A DNA stretch of 63,765 nt from an uncultured bacterium (GTDB taxonomy: Bacteria; Zixibacteria; MSB-5A5; UBA10806). The notes below the pieces were generated by a model that had not been told where the DNA came from, did no database searches, and saw only the letters and a list, made by a program, of their open reading frames with translations. Made by a program: the position numbers and the translations under genes. Positions within the stretch are counted from its first letter, which is position 1; each line of letters begins with the position of its first letter. The stretch lies in contig CBEUCH010000018.1 in the NCBI GenBank assembly GCA_965541585.1, positions 1-63,765 on the forward strand. Direction: 5' to 3'. This document shows, in pieces, positions 39,338 through 50,146 of the stretch.

Positions 39338-39432
39338 AACATTTTCTTTGGAGACCGGAAAGAATGAAGAGTTATAGGATACCACTTTCATGCTCCCGGT
39401 TTGAATATCACTCTTAGATGACGAGGACTACT

Positions 39433-40041
39433 ATGAAGAAAATCATTCTAGCAGCACTTTGCTTAGGCTTTGCCGGTTCCATCACTGCAGAAGAAACTGA
39501 AGATGCGGCGGATAAAGGCGCGACCATCAGCGGTACAATTGAAGTTAGAAGATTAAGAAATGCCAAGGATGTTCTGGTTTATCTGGAGAATGTCGAGGGC
39601 ACGTTTGAGCCGCCTCCAGAAAATCCAGTGGTCGATCAAAAAGATCTGACCTTTATACCACACGTTCTTCCTGTACTGGTAGGTACAACAGTTTTGTTCA
39701 CTAACAATGATAAGGTTAAACATAATGTGTTTTCGCCGTCCAAATGCTGCAAATTCAATCTCGGGACCTACGATGCTGGAGTGGTTCGGGAGGTTACATT
39801 TGATACACCAGGAGTCACCAATGTGCTCTGCAATGTACATACGGAGATGTCAGCTTTCATTATTATTCTTCAAAACCCTTATTTTGCCATTACCGATCCA
39901 GACGGAAAATTTAGCATTAAGAGCATCCCTCCCGGAACATATAAAATTAAAACGTGGCATGAGAAACTAAGAGAAAAGGAACAGGATATAACTGTAGTCG
40001 AAGGAGAAATTGTTATAATTGACTTCAAACTTTCAAGGTAG
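39433..40041 (+). CDS. Periplasmic cupredoxin-like/carboxypeptidase-regulatory-like protein
   Basis: Signal peptide; DQK.LTFIPHV, HNVFS and CNVHTEM (His/Cys/His/Met copper-type ligands), WHE. Confidence 0.75.
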   Translation: MKKIILAALCLGFAGSITAEETEDAADKGATISGTIEVRRLRNAKDVLVYLENVEGTFEPPPENPVVDQKDLTFIPHVLPVLVGTTVLFTNNDKVKHNVFSPSKCCKFNLGTYDAGVVREVTFDTPGVTNVLCNVHTEMSAFIIILQNPYFAITDPDGKFSIKSIPPGTYKIKTWHEKLREKEQDITVVEGEIVIIDFKLSR

Positions 40042-40098
40042 AGGTCTTTTATGATTGCTTCATTGGCCGGGGAGAAAATGTCGAGGGAATAAAAGGGG

Positions 40099-41091
40099 AT
40101 GGAACATCTTTCTTCAAATATAAAAGTTGAATACGACCCAGGCCTGATCCAGGATCTGGTTTTAAAAGAAATAGAACGCAGAGAGAAAGACGGTGATTCG
40201 AACCTCTTTAGAGAGTACCACGAGGCTGCTGATCCCATTTATGAAGAGTATCCTATTGAGAATCGAGATACGCAATTTGGCAAGCTGCACGAGCGTATCT
40301 TCTCAGAATTGGGCTTTGGTGAACCTGTTAACAAAACGCTTGACGAGTTTCCAGAGTTGACGGAGAAGGTGAAAGCGATTATTATTGGAAAGTCCATCTC
40401 CAAACATGATGAACGTGCCGACCTGAGCACGGATTTTAAAAACATCGGTATAAAGATTCGAACTGAGCGATTTTTCGACCAACGCGATCTCCAGAAGCTG
40501 CTCAGACATGAGTTGATGCATATCTCTGATTTGCTGGATAAGGAATATGAGTACAAATATAGCGAAAGGTTGGATGTTTCTTTTCCTGCTGAAGAAAACA
40601 TTGTAAGGGAAAGGTATAGGATCCTATGGGATATTTATATCGACAGCAGGCTGATAAGGTCAGGAAGAGAGACGATCTCGGACAAACGTGGCAGGTGTCG
40701 AGAGTTTGAGGCCCTGTATCAAAAGATACCCCGCTCCAACCGAACGACTATATTCGAGCGTTTCTGGAAATTAAAGAAGCTGACTCATAACCAGATATTG
40801 GAGTTGGCCTTTGATACGGGCAGGCTTCTGCAGAGGTTCGGAGCAATTGCCGGGATAGATAAAGACCCTGAAATTGGAATTTCAGGAAATAGTATCCAGC
40901 ACCCCGGTTCACTTTGCCCCCTCTGCCGTTTCCCCACGTTTACCTGGAAGCATGATATCAACATGCTTGATGAAGATATCATCAAACTCATCAAAAAGGA
41001 CTATCCCCATTGGGAGACGGTGAAGGGAGCTTGTGAGCAGTGTATTGAAGGTTATGAGGTTAGAGCGGGACAATGGTCGTCAAATGTCTAA
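40099..41091 (+). CDS. Hypothetical protein with HExxH motif and C-terminal CxxC...CxxC
   Basis: LRHELMH; CPLC and CEQC; RBS present; directly upstream of nxrA. Confidence 0.7.
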   Translation: MEHLSSNIKVEYDPGLIQDLVLKEIERREKDGDSNLFREYHEAADPIYEEYPIENRDTQFGKLHERIFSELGFGEPVNKTLDEFPELTEKVKAIIIGKSISKHDERADLSTDFKNIGIKIRTERFFDQRDLQKLLRHELMHISDLLDKEYEYKYSERLDVSFPAEENIVRERYRILWDIYIDSRLIRSGRETISDKRGRCREFEALYQKIPRSNRTTIFERFWKLKKLTHNQILELAFDTGRLLQRFGAIAGIDKDPEIGISGNSIQHPGSLCPLCRFPTFTWKHDINMLDEDIIKLIKKDYPHWETVKGACEQCIEGYEVRAGQWSSNV

Positions 41092-41118
41092 GAACCAGAG
41101 ATAAGGAGATGATAAAAA

Positions 41119-44100
41119 ATGGGAGTAAGTAGGAGGAGATTTCTTCGGACTGCCGGAATTACCGGTGCGGCGTTAGCCTTTACGGACAAGGCATTAGCGT
41201 TAAAAATGCTGCAGCCAGCGGTTGAGATAGGAAACCCGTTGGAGGCCTACCCCATCAGGGGTTGGGAAAAGATTTATCGTGATCAGTATCGGTATGATAG
41301 CTCTTTCACATTCGTCTGCTCTCCAAATGACACTCATGCGTGTCGGCTGCGGGCGTTTGTGAGAAACGGTGTGGTAGTGCGAATCGAGCAGAACTATGAT
41401 GTGGATAAATACTCCGACCTCTTTGGGAACAAAGCCACCCCAAGCTGGAATCCCAGGGGATGCCTCAAAGGCTATACATTTCATCGACGAGTCTATGGTC
41501 CTCACCGACTCAGATATCCAATTGTTCGTAAAGGTTGGAAACAATGGGCTGATGATGGATTCCCTGAGTTAACCAAGGAAAATAAAACCAAATATAAATT
41601 TGATGCCCGCGGAGAGGATGAATTCCTAAGATTATCCTGGGATCAGACCACAGATTATATAGCTAAGGGATTTATCAATATTTCCACCACGTATAGCGGC
41701 GAGGGCGGAGCCAAACGTCTGGCCGCCCAGGGCTATGCCCCGGAGATGATCGAGGAGATGAAAGGAGCCGGCACCCGTACATGCAAATTTCGAGGAGGAA
41801 TGGGGCTTCTGGGCGTGATCGGGAAATATGGCATGTACCGCCTGGCCAACACCCTTGCTTTACTTGACGAAAATATACGCAAGGTTAGCCCTGCCAAAAC
41901 CCTCGCCGGTCGTGCCTGGTCGAACTATACCTGGCATGGTGACCAGGCCCCGGGGCATCCTTTCACGCATGGTCTGCAAGGCTCGGATATTGATCTCAAT
42001 GATCTCCGTTTCTCCAAGCTTCATATCCAGGTTGGAAAAAACCTTGTTGAAAACAAGATGCCCGAATCACACTGGTTCATCGAGATTATGGAGAGGGGCG
42101 CGAAAATTGTTGTGATAGCTCCTGAATACAGCCCGCCGGCAACCAAGGCAGATTACTGGATTCCAGTGCGCCCCGGCGTTTCTGACACTTCGATCTTTCT
42201 GGCAATCACCAAATACTTAATTGATACTGAACGTTATGATGAAGCCTTCGTGAAGAGATTTACGGATTTCCCACTGCTTGTTCGGACCGATAACCTGAAG
42301 CGGTTGCGTGCTCATGAGGTCTTTCCGGACTATAAGTTAGGCCTGACGGAGGATGGGGCTAGTTTTGAGATCCAGGGCATAAAGCGAGAACAGTATGAAA
42401 AACTGGGTGATTATGTCGTTTTTGATGCAAAGACTCAGAGTCCACAGGCTATCACCCGCGATGATGTCGGCGATAAGTTGAAAGGTAAAGGCTTAGACCC
42501 GGTCCTTCCATACAGGGCTACGGTGCAGCTTACAGACGGTGGAGAAGTCGAAGTCATGACTTTATGGGAGATGTATAAAATTCACCTTAAGGATTATGAT
42601 CTGGACACTGTTGCTGAAATCACCGGATCGCCGAAGGAATTAATTAAACGCCTGGCGAACGACATTGCTACTATTAAGCCCGCCGCCATCCATTATGGAG
42701 AGGGAATCAATCACTGGTTTCATGCAACCCTGCATAACCGGGCAACATATCTTCCCCTGATGCTTACAGGCAATATAGGGATCCCCGGATCGGGATCGCA
42801 TACCTGGGCCGGTAACTATAAGGCCGGCTTGTTCCAGGGTTCAAAATGGAGCGGACCCGGCTTTAAGGGATGGGTGGCTGAGGACCCGTTTAATCCTAAT
42901 CTGGATCCCGGCGCCAATGGCAAATCCATAAAGGCTCATGCATATACAAAGGATGAGGAACCGGCTTATTGGAATCACGGCGACAAGCCGCTTATAGTTG
43001 ATACACCGAAGTACGGTCGCAAGGTTTTTACCGGCTGGTCACATATGCCAACGCCCACAAAGGCCTTATTCTTTAACAACGTAAATCTGATCAATAACGC
43101 CAAGCACGCTTACGAGATGATAAAAAACGTTGACCCTAATATCGAGATGATAATCTCCTCGGATATTGAAATGACAGCTTCCATTGAATACGCCGATTTT
43201 GGTTTGCCGGCGAATTCATGGATGGAGTTCGAAGGGCTTGAGATTACTGCATCCTGCTCGAATCCATTCCTTCAAATCTGGAAAGGGGGCATTAAACCTC
43301 TTTATGACTCCAGGGACGACGTGGTCATACTGGCGAAGATTGCGGAGAGAATGGGTGAGTTGATCGGTGATAAGCGTTTTTCAGAATATTGGAAGTTTAT
43401 ATTGGAGGAAAAACGGGAAATTTATATCCAGCGTCTCCTGGACTCCTCGATCACCACACGCGGCTATAAATTATCGGATATCATGAAAGGAAAATACGGA
43501 GAGCCCGGTGCAGCTCTCTTGTTGTTCCGCACGTATCCGCGTAATCCGTTCTTCGAACAAATCACAGACAGCGTCCCATTTTATACTGATACCGGTCGCC
43601 TTAACGCCTATTGCGATATTCCCGAGGCCATTGAATACGGCGAAAACTTCGTCGTTCATCGCGAGGGGCCTGAAGGGACACCGTATCTGCCTAATGTTAT
43701 AGTAAGCTCCAATCCGTACATAAGGCCTGATGATTATGGCATTCCACCTGATGCAATGCACTGGGATGAGAGGACTGTAAGGAATATAAAAATGCCCTGG
43801 CAGGAGGTAAAAAACACAAAGAATCCTCTCTGGCAAAAGGGATACAAATTTTACTGCCTTACTCCCAAAACTCGACATCGAGTCCATTCCCAATGGAGTG
43901 TTACTGACTGGCATCTAATCTGGGACTCCAATTTCGGAGATCCATATAGAATGGACAAAAGATCTCCCGGAGTTGGAGAGCACCAGTTGCATATAAATCC
44001 CGATGCGGCAAAGGATCTTGGCATAAACGACGGGGATTATGTATACGTAGATGCCAATCCAATGGATAGGCCATACATTGGATGGAAGCCTGATGATCCC

Positions 44101-44565
44101 TTCTATAGAGTAGCACGGCTCATGCTGAGAACTAAATATAATCACGCATATCCCTACAATGTAGTAATGATGAAACATGCCCCCTTCATAGCCACCGAAA
44201 GATCAGTACGGGCCCACGAAACCAGGAGCGACGGCAGAGCCCTTTCCGCCGGCACCGGTTACCAGTCTAATTTCCGGTACGGGTCTCAGCAATCCATAAC
44301 GCGCAACTGGCACATGCCTATGCATCAAACAGACAGCTTGTTCCACAAATCCAAAGCGTATATGAGCTTCCTTTTTGGCGGGGAAGCTGACAATCACGCC
44401 CTGAATACGGTACCGAAGGAGACACTGGTAAAGATAACGAAAGCTGAAGATGGTGGCATCGGGGGCAAGGGAATCTGGGAACCGGCCAAAAGCGGGTTTA
44501 CCCCGGCATCCGAAAACGCCTTGATGAAGAGATACCTGGACGGAAAATTTGTGGAAATTGAATAG
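41119..44565 (+). CDS. nxrA: Periplasmic nitrite oxidoreductase/nitrate reductase alpha subunit (type II DMSO reductase, anammox/Nitrospira-type)
   Basis: Tat signal SRRRFL; FS0 motif CSPNDTHAC...RGC; Mo-ligand region [24 protein letters not shown] as recalled for anammox NxrA. Confidence 0.9.
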   Translation: MGVSRRRFLRTAGITGAALAFTDKALALKMLQPAVEIGNPLEAYPIRGWEKIYRDQYRYDSSFTFVCSPNDTHACRLRAFVRNGVVVRIEQNYDVDKYSDLFGNKATPSWNPRGCLKGYTFHRRVYGPHRLRYPIVRKGWKQWADDGFPELTKENKTKYKFDARGEDEFLRLSWDQTTDYIAKGFINISTTYSGEGGAKRLAAQGYAPEMIEEMKGAGTRTCKFRGGMGLLGVIGKYGMYRLANTLALLDENIRKVSPAKTLAGRAWSNYTWHGDQAPGHPFTHGLQGSDIDLNDLRFSKLHIQVGKNLVENKMPESHWFIEIMERGAKIVVIAPEYSPPATKADYWIPVRPGVSDTSIFLAITKYLIDTERYDEAFVKRFTDFPLLVRTDNLKRLRAHEVFPDYKLGLTEDGASFEIQGIKREQYEKLGDYVVFDAKTQSPQAITRDDVGDKLKGKGLDPVLPYRATVQLTDGGEVEVMTLWEMYKIHLKDYDLDTVAEITGSPKELIKRLANDIATIKPAAIHYGEGINHWFHATLHNRATYLPLMLTGNIGIPGSGSHTWAGNYKAGLFQGSKWSGPGFKGWVAEDPFNPNLDPGANGKSIKAHAYTKDEEPAYWNHGDKPLIVDTPKYGRKVFTGWSHMPTPTKALFFNNVNLINNAKHAYEMIKNVDPNIEMIISSDIEMTASIEYADFGLPANSWMEFEGLEITASCSNPFLQIWKGGIKPLYDSRDDVVILAKIAERMGELIGDKRFSEYWKFILEEKREIYIQRLLDSSITTRGYKLSDIMKGKYGEPGAALLLFRTYPRNPFFEQITDSVPFYTDTGRLNAYCDIPEAIEYGENFVVHREGPEGTPYLPNVIVSSNPYIRPDDYGIPPDAMHWDERTVRNIKMPWQEVKNTKNPLWQKGYKFYCLTPKTRHRVHSQWSVTDWHLIWDSNFGDPYRMDKRSPGVGEHQLHINPDAAKDLGINDGDYVYVDANPMDRPYIGWKPDDPFYRVARLMLRTKYNHAYPYNVVMMKHAPFIATERSVRAHETRSDGRALSAGTGYQSNFRYGSQQSITRNWHMPMHQTDSLFHKSKAYMSFLFGGEADNHALNTVPKETLVKITKAEDGGIGGKGIWEPAKSGFTPASENALMKRYLDGKFVEIE

Positions 44566-44575
44566 GAGGAGAGAA

Positions 44576-45487
44576 ATGAGTTTGAAGACCAGGTTCGTAA
44601 CAAACTCAATCATGGTAACGTTTCTTGCACTGCTCCTGAATAACCCCCTATTTGCACAGGACATAAGCAAGGATGATTTGTCCTTAATTCCTACGGGTTA
44701 CCCGCTAAAAGTACATTACATAGATGAGCAGTTGACGGATGTCGACGCCTCGTTGGTAGAGGATATTCTTTATTCCTATGAATCTCTAACATTCCCTTTG
44801 AAGATACAGGATGCATCGCTCCCCCATGGTGGCGGTTCCATCTCCTTGATTGAGTTGAAGGCCTTTCACAATGGGGAATGGATCTATTTTCTTTTCTCCT
44901 GGGTAGACAACAGCAAGGATACCAAGGTCATTAAGCATCACCAATATCGCGACGGCGTGGCTATCCTTTTCCCTATGGGAGAGATGTCCGTGGATTCAAT
45001 TTTCAGTCCCAGAATGGGGGATATAGACAAACCGGTTAATATCTGGCATTGGAAAGCGGATTGGGAGGAGGATCTGCGGGGCACGAATTCCGGAAACCAG
45101 ATCGAATCGCAATATGCTGACGCCCCGCTGGAGGATCGACAAGGAGTCATCCTTGAGTTGGACAAGGCCGGAGGGGGTTGGGGAAGCGGCAATATCCTCT
45201 CGAATAAGGATCGGGGGCGTTCTGTGGAAGACCTCAATGCGGCGAAATTCGGAACATTGACTTCACAGGAACATCAGGACGTTTACGGTCATGCTGTTTG
45301 GTCGAGGGAGAGATGGACGGCGGTTATGGCGAGAAAACTGTCCACCGAAGATGAAAATGATACTCAACTATATGCGGGCCAGAAGAGCTATTTCAGCCTG
45401 GCAGTATGGAATGGTTCCGCGGCGGATCGGAATGGGCAGAAGTCTGTCAGTGACCGCTGGCACCCATTCGAGATCGAGCCGGAATGA
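44576..45487 (+). CDS. nxrC: Heme b gamma subunit (EbdC/NxrC-like)
   Basis: N-terminal signal; YRDGVAILFP, PRMG...PVNIWHWKA, A.KFGTL, AVWNGS..DRNGQKS. Confidence 0.78.
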   Translation: MSLKTRFVTNSIMVTFLALLLNNPLFAQDISKDDLSLIPTGYPLKVHYIDEQLTDVDASLVEDILYSYESLTFPLKIQDASLPHGGGSISLIELKAFHNGEWIYFLFSWVDNSKDTKVIKHHQYRDGVAILFPMGEMSVDSIFSPRMGDIDKPVNIWHWKADWEEDLRGTNSGNQIESQYADAPLEDRQGVILELDKAGGGWGSGNILSNKDRGRSVEDLNAAKFGTLTSQEHQDVYGHAVWSRERWTAVMARKLSTEDENDTQLYAGQKSYFSLAVWNGSAADRNGQKSVSDRWHPFEIEPE

Positions 45488-45518
45488 AATAAAGCCCTGA
45501 AAACACGGAGGAAAAAGA

Positions 45519-46766
45519 ATGGCTGAAACATATAACTGGCAACTGGGACGAAAGATGACCTACCCTTATCCTGAAGAACGTCCCAAGCTCCAATTTGCCG
45601 CGGTTTTTAACCTGAATCGCTGTATCGCCTGTCAGACATGCACCATGGCCTGCAAAAGTACCTGGACATTTGGCAAAGGTCAGGAGTTTATGTGGTGGAA
45701 CAATGTCGAGACCAAGCCATACGGAGGATATCCTCAGAACTGGGATGTGAAAACCTTATCTCTTCTCGGGTACCAGGGCTGGTCACCTGAGAATAAAGAG
45801 AATCTGGTATCTCCCTATGGGTCCTATCAAGGCGACACACTTTTCGAGGCGGCCGAATTTAAAGAACTTGGGCAAGAGGCAGTAGGCTACATTCCCGATG
45901 ACAAAGAGTGGCGATTTCCAAACATTTATGAGGATACGGCCAAAGGGTTCAAGTCACCGGCAGATAAGGATGGCTTTTCTCACGGCAGTGAACTCCCTGA
46001 GCACGCTATGTGGTTTTTTTATCTCCCGCGCATATGCAACCACTGCACTTATCCCGCTTGCCTGGCGGCCTGTCCCCGAAAAGCCATTTACAAGAGGCCT
46101 GAGGATGGCATTGTTCTGGTTGATCAAAAGAGATGTCGGGGGTATCGCAAATGCGTGGAGCAATGTCCCTACAAGAAGCCTATGTTCAGAGGTGCTACTC
46201 GCATCACGGAAAAATGTATCGCCTGCTACCCGAGGATTGAAGGTAAAGAACCGTTATCGTCCGGTCGGCCAAGGGAGGCCCGGTGCATGGCAGCATGCGT
46301 GGGAAAGATTCGGATGCAGGGTTTAGTAAAAATGGGCGAGAGTTCATGGGCCGTAGATCCGGAAAATCCTCTCTATTTTATGGTGCACGAGGAAAAAGTG
46401 GCTTTGCCTCTTTACCCTCAGTTCGGAACGGAGCCCAATATCTACTATATACCACCGCGCTGGGTACCTCGCAATTATCTCCGGCAGATGTTTGGCCCGG
46501 GAGTGGATGAGGCTATTGAAAGATATATGGCCCCTTCAAGAAAGCTTTTAGCGGTGCTCCAACTCTTCAGAACTACCCAGCACATCATTTTCAAATACGA
46601 CATCAAAAAAGGGGAGAAAGTCTTCGAAACGTCTATCAATGGAAAGCCGTGGGCGATGTACAATGACACGGTAATCGGGTTTGATAAAAAAGGGAAAGAG
46701 GTTGTCAGGACGACGGTAGAGGAACCGATCTATATCAGACCGAAAAAATATCTCAATGCAATTTAG
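45519..46766 (+). CDS. nxrB: Nitrite oxidoreductase/nitrate reductase beta (Fe-S) subunit
   Basis: CIACQTCTMACK, WWNNVETKPYGG, CNHCTYPACLAACP, CRGYRKCVEQCP, EKCIACYPR. Confidence 0.92.
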   Translation: MAETYNWQLGRKMTYPYPEERPKLQFAAVFNLNRCIACQTCTMACKSTWTFGKGQEFMWWNNVETKPYGGYPQNWDVKTLSLLGYQGWSPENKENLVSPYGSYQGDTLFEAAEFKELGQEAVGYIPDDKEWRFPNIYEDTAKGFKSPADKDGFSHGSELPEHAMWFFYLPRICNHCTYPACLAACPRKAIYKRPEDGIVLVDQKRCRGYRKCVEQCPYKKPMFRGATRITEKCIACYPRIEGKEPLSSGRPREARCMAACVGKIRMQGLVKMGESSWAVDPENPLYFMVHEEKVALPLYPQFGTEPNIYYIPPRWVPRNYLRQMFGPGVDEAIERYMAPSRKLLAVLQLFRTTQHIIFKYDIKKGEKVFETSINGKPWAMYNDTVIGFDKKGKEVVRTTVEEPIYIRPKKYLNAI

Positions 46767-46773
46767 GATTAAG

Positions 46774-47517
46774 ATGAGCGAGGTGAAATCAATGGAATCA
46801 AGAATCAGGACTGAAAGGAGCGATATTTACCGGGTGCTTGCAAGTGCATTCCTCTATCCCGATGAGGAACTGACCGCATATATTCAGGATGGCCTGATAG
46901 TCGAGGAGTTGCGAACGTATGCCCGTGGCATTGAAGAAGATAGCGGGGCCGATTTCTTCAAAGCAATTCAGGATTTCGAGTCAACCTTTGAAGGTCTTAC
47001 CCTTGCCAACCTGCAGGCGGAACACAGGAGAGTTTTTGGCCACACGATTTCGAAAGAATGTCCCGCCTATGAAACCGAATATGGGGGTATGCACATTTTT
47101 CAGCAGGCACAGGAACTTGGAGACATTGCCGGATTCTACAGCGCTTTTGGTTTAGAGGTCTCGGATGATATCCGGGAGAGACCGGATCACATCAGCACCC
47201 AGCTTGAGTTTATGCATTTCCTTACCTATAAAGAGACTTATGCTCGGGAAAATCATGGCAAGGAGAGTGCCGAAATATGCCGGGAAGCGCAGAAAACATT
47301 TCTGAGGGAACACCTGGGGAGATGGGCGCCCATTTTCCTGGAACGCCTGGTTGGAAAGGCAGAGAAGGGCTTTTATAAGGAACTTGCTCAATTTACGAGG
47401 AAGTTTTTGATGTTTGAAGCTCGGTATCTTGACATAGAACCGGACGAGATTAAACAACTTCAAACCGTTTCTAATGGACCCGAAGGAGAGTGTGCTTCCT
47501 GTGATGACATGGAGTGA
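46774..47517 (+). CDS. TorD/DmsD/NarJ-family molybdoenzyme chaperone
   Basis: YETEY, DIAGFYSAFG, ERPDHISTQLEFM, FLREHLGRW. Confidence 0.88.
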   Translation: MSEVKSMESRIRTERSDIYRVLASAFLYPDEELTAYIQDGLIVEELRTYARGIEEDSGADFFKAIQDFESTFEGLTLANLQAEHRRVFGHTISKECPAYETEYGGMHIFQQAQELGDIAGFYSAFGLEVSDDIRERPDHISTQLEFMHFLTYKETYARENHGKESAEICREAQKTFLREHLGRWAPIFLERLVGKAEKGFYKELAQFTRKFLMFEARYLDIEPDEIKQLQTVSNGPEGECASCDDME

Positions 47518-47801
47518 TTCGACTGCTTTGATAGGTGGATGTTAACGATCCAACCTTAGAATACTATATCAGCCATAGGTCCCTGGAGTGATCGGAGGCA
47601 GGTAAAATCATGTTCAAGATACTTTCTATCTCCGAGTCCATAACCCTAATCTCCATAACAACTATGGTAATGAACAACAATAACAACGGGTCAAACGATT
47701 TACCACTCGGTGTTGACGCGGCGGATTAGACTCTTGGCGCCATAAGTCCGAAAGATCCAAAAAGACAGCAATTTTGATAAGAGTGAAAAAAAGCACCGCT
47801 C

Positions 47802-49022
47802 TTATTTAATTAACAGCATTTTTTTCGAGCTAACCCCCGCATTAGAACTAAGGCTATAATAATATATGCCTGACGAATTTCCGGCTGCATTCCAAGCGAT
47901 TAGATGATTACCCGCATCGATCACTCCGTTATATAAGGATTCTATTAATCTCCCATTTATGTCGAAGATCTCGAGTTTCACAAACGTCTTTTCCTCGACT
48001 TCTACAGGAATTATCGTCGTGGCATTAAAAGGATTGGGGTAGTTCTTCTTTAAGTTAAAACGCTTGGGTTTTTCAACGATATCATCATCTATTCCTGTTT
48101 GGATCTGGCTATAACGTACAATAATGCCATTCATTCCGACAGTGAAGCCAAGTTCCGAGTTAACAAAATGGACAGAGTTTAAGGACGAAAATATCCCCGC
48201 ATCAGCGTCAACCCAGGTGTTTCCGCCGTCGCTTGTCGATAGGACGGCACCACCATCTCCAACAACCCAGCCATTATTACTATCCACGAAGTAAATGTCT
48301 CTGAGAATAGTGACGGTCGGCGTATTTTGAAGAGTCCAGGAAGTTCCACCGTTATTGGTTTTTAAGATTATACCCTGATCACCGCAAACCCAACCCGTTT
48401 GTGAATCAATAAAAAACACTCCTCTGTGAGTTTCGAATGTGCCTGAAGGCTGAGAGGCCCATGAATTTCCACCATTAGATGTAAATAGGATCATTCCATC
48501 TTTACCGACGATCCAGGCCGTGGACGGGTTGTAAATCGCAATGGCATAAAGGTCGTCGACTGCTGGATTGGTTTGATGGTTCCAACTAATGCCTCCATCT
48601 GTAGTATGACGCAAGATCCCATCTCTGCCGACCGTCCAGCCGCTTAAATTATCAGCCATCCGAATATCCCGAAGCTTTTCGGCGACGCCTGAATTGAGGG
48701 GTGTCCAGTTATCGCCTCCATTGGTTGTGTGCAGCAACATCCCGTCATTACCACATACCCATCCCTCGTCTTCATTTATGAAATGGGTTGCCTCGGCGTC
48801 ATCGTTGGTGAAGAACATAGTCCAGTTATCTCCCCCGTCGACAGTGCGCAGGATACCCTGATCGCCGGCGCACCATCCATTCATAGAATCTGTGAAAAAG
48901 ACGTCGTTGATCGGCAGAGTAGTCGGCGAGTCCAGATATTCCCATTGGAACTCAATGCCTGCTGCCGGGCCGCCAATAAATAGCGCAACCGACAATACGA
49001 AGCCCGATAGCTTTTCCTTCAT
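47802..49022 (-). CDS. YCF48/BNR-repeat beta-propeller protein with C-terminal sorting domain
   Basis: Repeated GW.(C/V)G..G.IL.T.(D/N)GG..W; KNYPNPFNATT...KKMLLIK; signal peptide. Confidence 0.88.
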   Translation of the reverse strand: MKEKLSGFVLSVALFIGGPAAGIEFQWEYLDSPTTLPINDVFFTDSMNGWCAGDQGILRTVDGGDNWTMFFTNDDAEATHFINEDEGWVCGNDGMLLHTTNGGDNWTPLNSGVAEKLRDIRMADNLSGWTVGRDGILRHTTDGGISWNHQTNPAVDDLYAIAIYNPSTAWIVGKDGMILFTSNGGNSWASQPSGTFETHRGVFFIDSQTGWVCGDQGIILKTNNGGTSWTLQNTPTVTILRDIYFVDSNNGWVVGDGGAVLSTSDGGNTWVDADAGIFSSLNSVHFVNSELGFTVGMNGIIVRYSQIQTGIDDDIVEKPKRFNLKKNYPNPFNATTIIPVEVEEKTFVKLEIFDINGRLIESLYNGVIDAGNHLIAWNAAGNSSGIYYYSLSSNAGVSSKKMLLIK

Positions 49023-49077
49023 GATTTCTCCCTTCGCTTGTTGATTCAGTTATCAAGATGTATTCATCGTATATTTT

Positions 49078-49097
49078 AACTATGATTACCATTATCA
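49078..49097. promoter_or_regulatory. Fur-box-like site in the divergent intergenic region
   Basis: Minus strand GATAATGGTAATCATAGTT matches 15/19 of GATAATGATAATCATTATC; TGATTAC-C-ATTATCA fits the 7-1-7 form. Confidence 0.5.
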
Positions 49098-49241
49098 AGT
49101 TCCTGGGTGCCTATAATCTTAGTGGCAATTATTAATGGTTAAAAGGGGAGATCGATCCATAATTATGAATATCGCAGCTGTACTCTTTACTTTACATAAC
49201 ACAATTGCATTTCTTTCGTATTGTTGTTAAATTAACTTGGC

Positions 49242-50138
49242 ATGGTCAGAGGATCCGCTAAAAGCAATAAATCGGGCGTTAAGACATTTTTGAGTATTCT
49301 CTATGTGGTATCCTTCGCCGTTATCTTCTATCTTACGGTTGACGGGTTTTCATTTTACAAAACTTCTTATATGAAAAGACCGCGACACGAAGATTATAGA
49401 GTCTTGAGGCCCGCGGGACTGAAAGGACATGCGTTTGGGATAATCGGTTCGGCTATGATGCTGTTTATGCTTTTATATTCAATTCGTAAACGGACAGGGG
49501 CTTTCGGGAAATTAGGCAGGCTGAAGAGCTGGCTCGATATTCATATCTATTTTGGAATTACAGGACCGCTTTTGATAATCCTGCATACGTCTTTCAAGGT
49601 GCAAGGCCTGGTGGCGGTCAGCTTCTGGTCAATGGTGGCCGTTGCGCTGAGTGGAGTTTTCGGAAGATATTTGTACTTGCAGATTCCGCGCGATATTGAG
49701 GGTGAGCAGCTCGGCATCCAGGAAATAGAAAGATTAAAAGATGAAATTTCGAATCAATTAAATAACGCAACCAAATTTGACCAAAATCAAATGGAATTTA
49801 TTGAAAAAAGTTTATCATTGGATAGAAAGGAAAAAGGCGGGTTGTTCATGTCGCTCTGGGCGATTCTATCTGATGATTTAATGCGGCCCCTTAAGATAAG
49901 AAGGTTCAGGCGAAAGTATTTGAAAAAGCTCGATCTGCCGGATGAACTTGGAGATCGTATTTTGATCCTAACATTGGATAAATCGTTATTAAACAGGAAA
50001 ATCGCGTTTTTTAATCAGGTTCAAACACTTTTTCATTACTGGCATGTTTTTCATAAACCCTTTGCGATAATCATGTATCTGATAATGCTGGTACATGTGG
50101 CCGTCGCCGTATGGCTCGGTTATGTGTGGATGTTTTGA
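49242..50138 (+). CDS. Inner-membrane protein with conserved His residues (ferric-reductase/cytochrome b-like)
   Basis: About 5 TM helices; GHAFGIIG, WLDIHI, ILHT, WHVFHKP, VHV. Confidence 0.72.
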   Translation: MVRGSAKSNKSGVKTFLSILYVVSFAVIFYLTVDGFSFYKTSYMKRPRHEDYRVLRPAGLKGHAFGIIGSAMMLFMLLYSIRKRTGAFGKLGRLKSWLDIHIYFGITGPLLIILHTSFKVQGLVAVSFWSMVAVALSGVFGRYLYLQIPRDIEGEQLGIQEIERLKDEISNQLNNATKFDQNQMEFIEKSLSLDRKEKGGLFMSLWAILSDDLMRPLKIRRFRRKYLKKLDLPDELGDRILILTLDKSLLNRKIAFFNQVQTLFHYWHVFHKPFAIIMYLIMLVHVAVAVWLGYVWMF

Positions 50139-50146
50139 TCAATCTT

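Noticed and set aside
49041..49056. FNR/Crp box
   Set aside because: TTGAT and ATCAA are separated by 6 nt rather than the canonical 4
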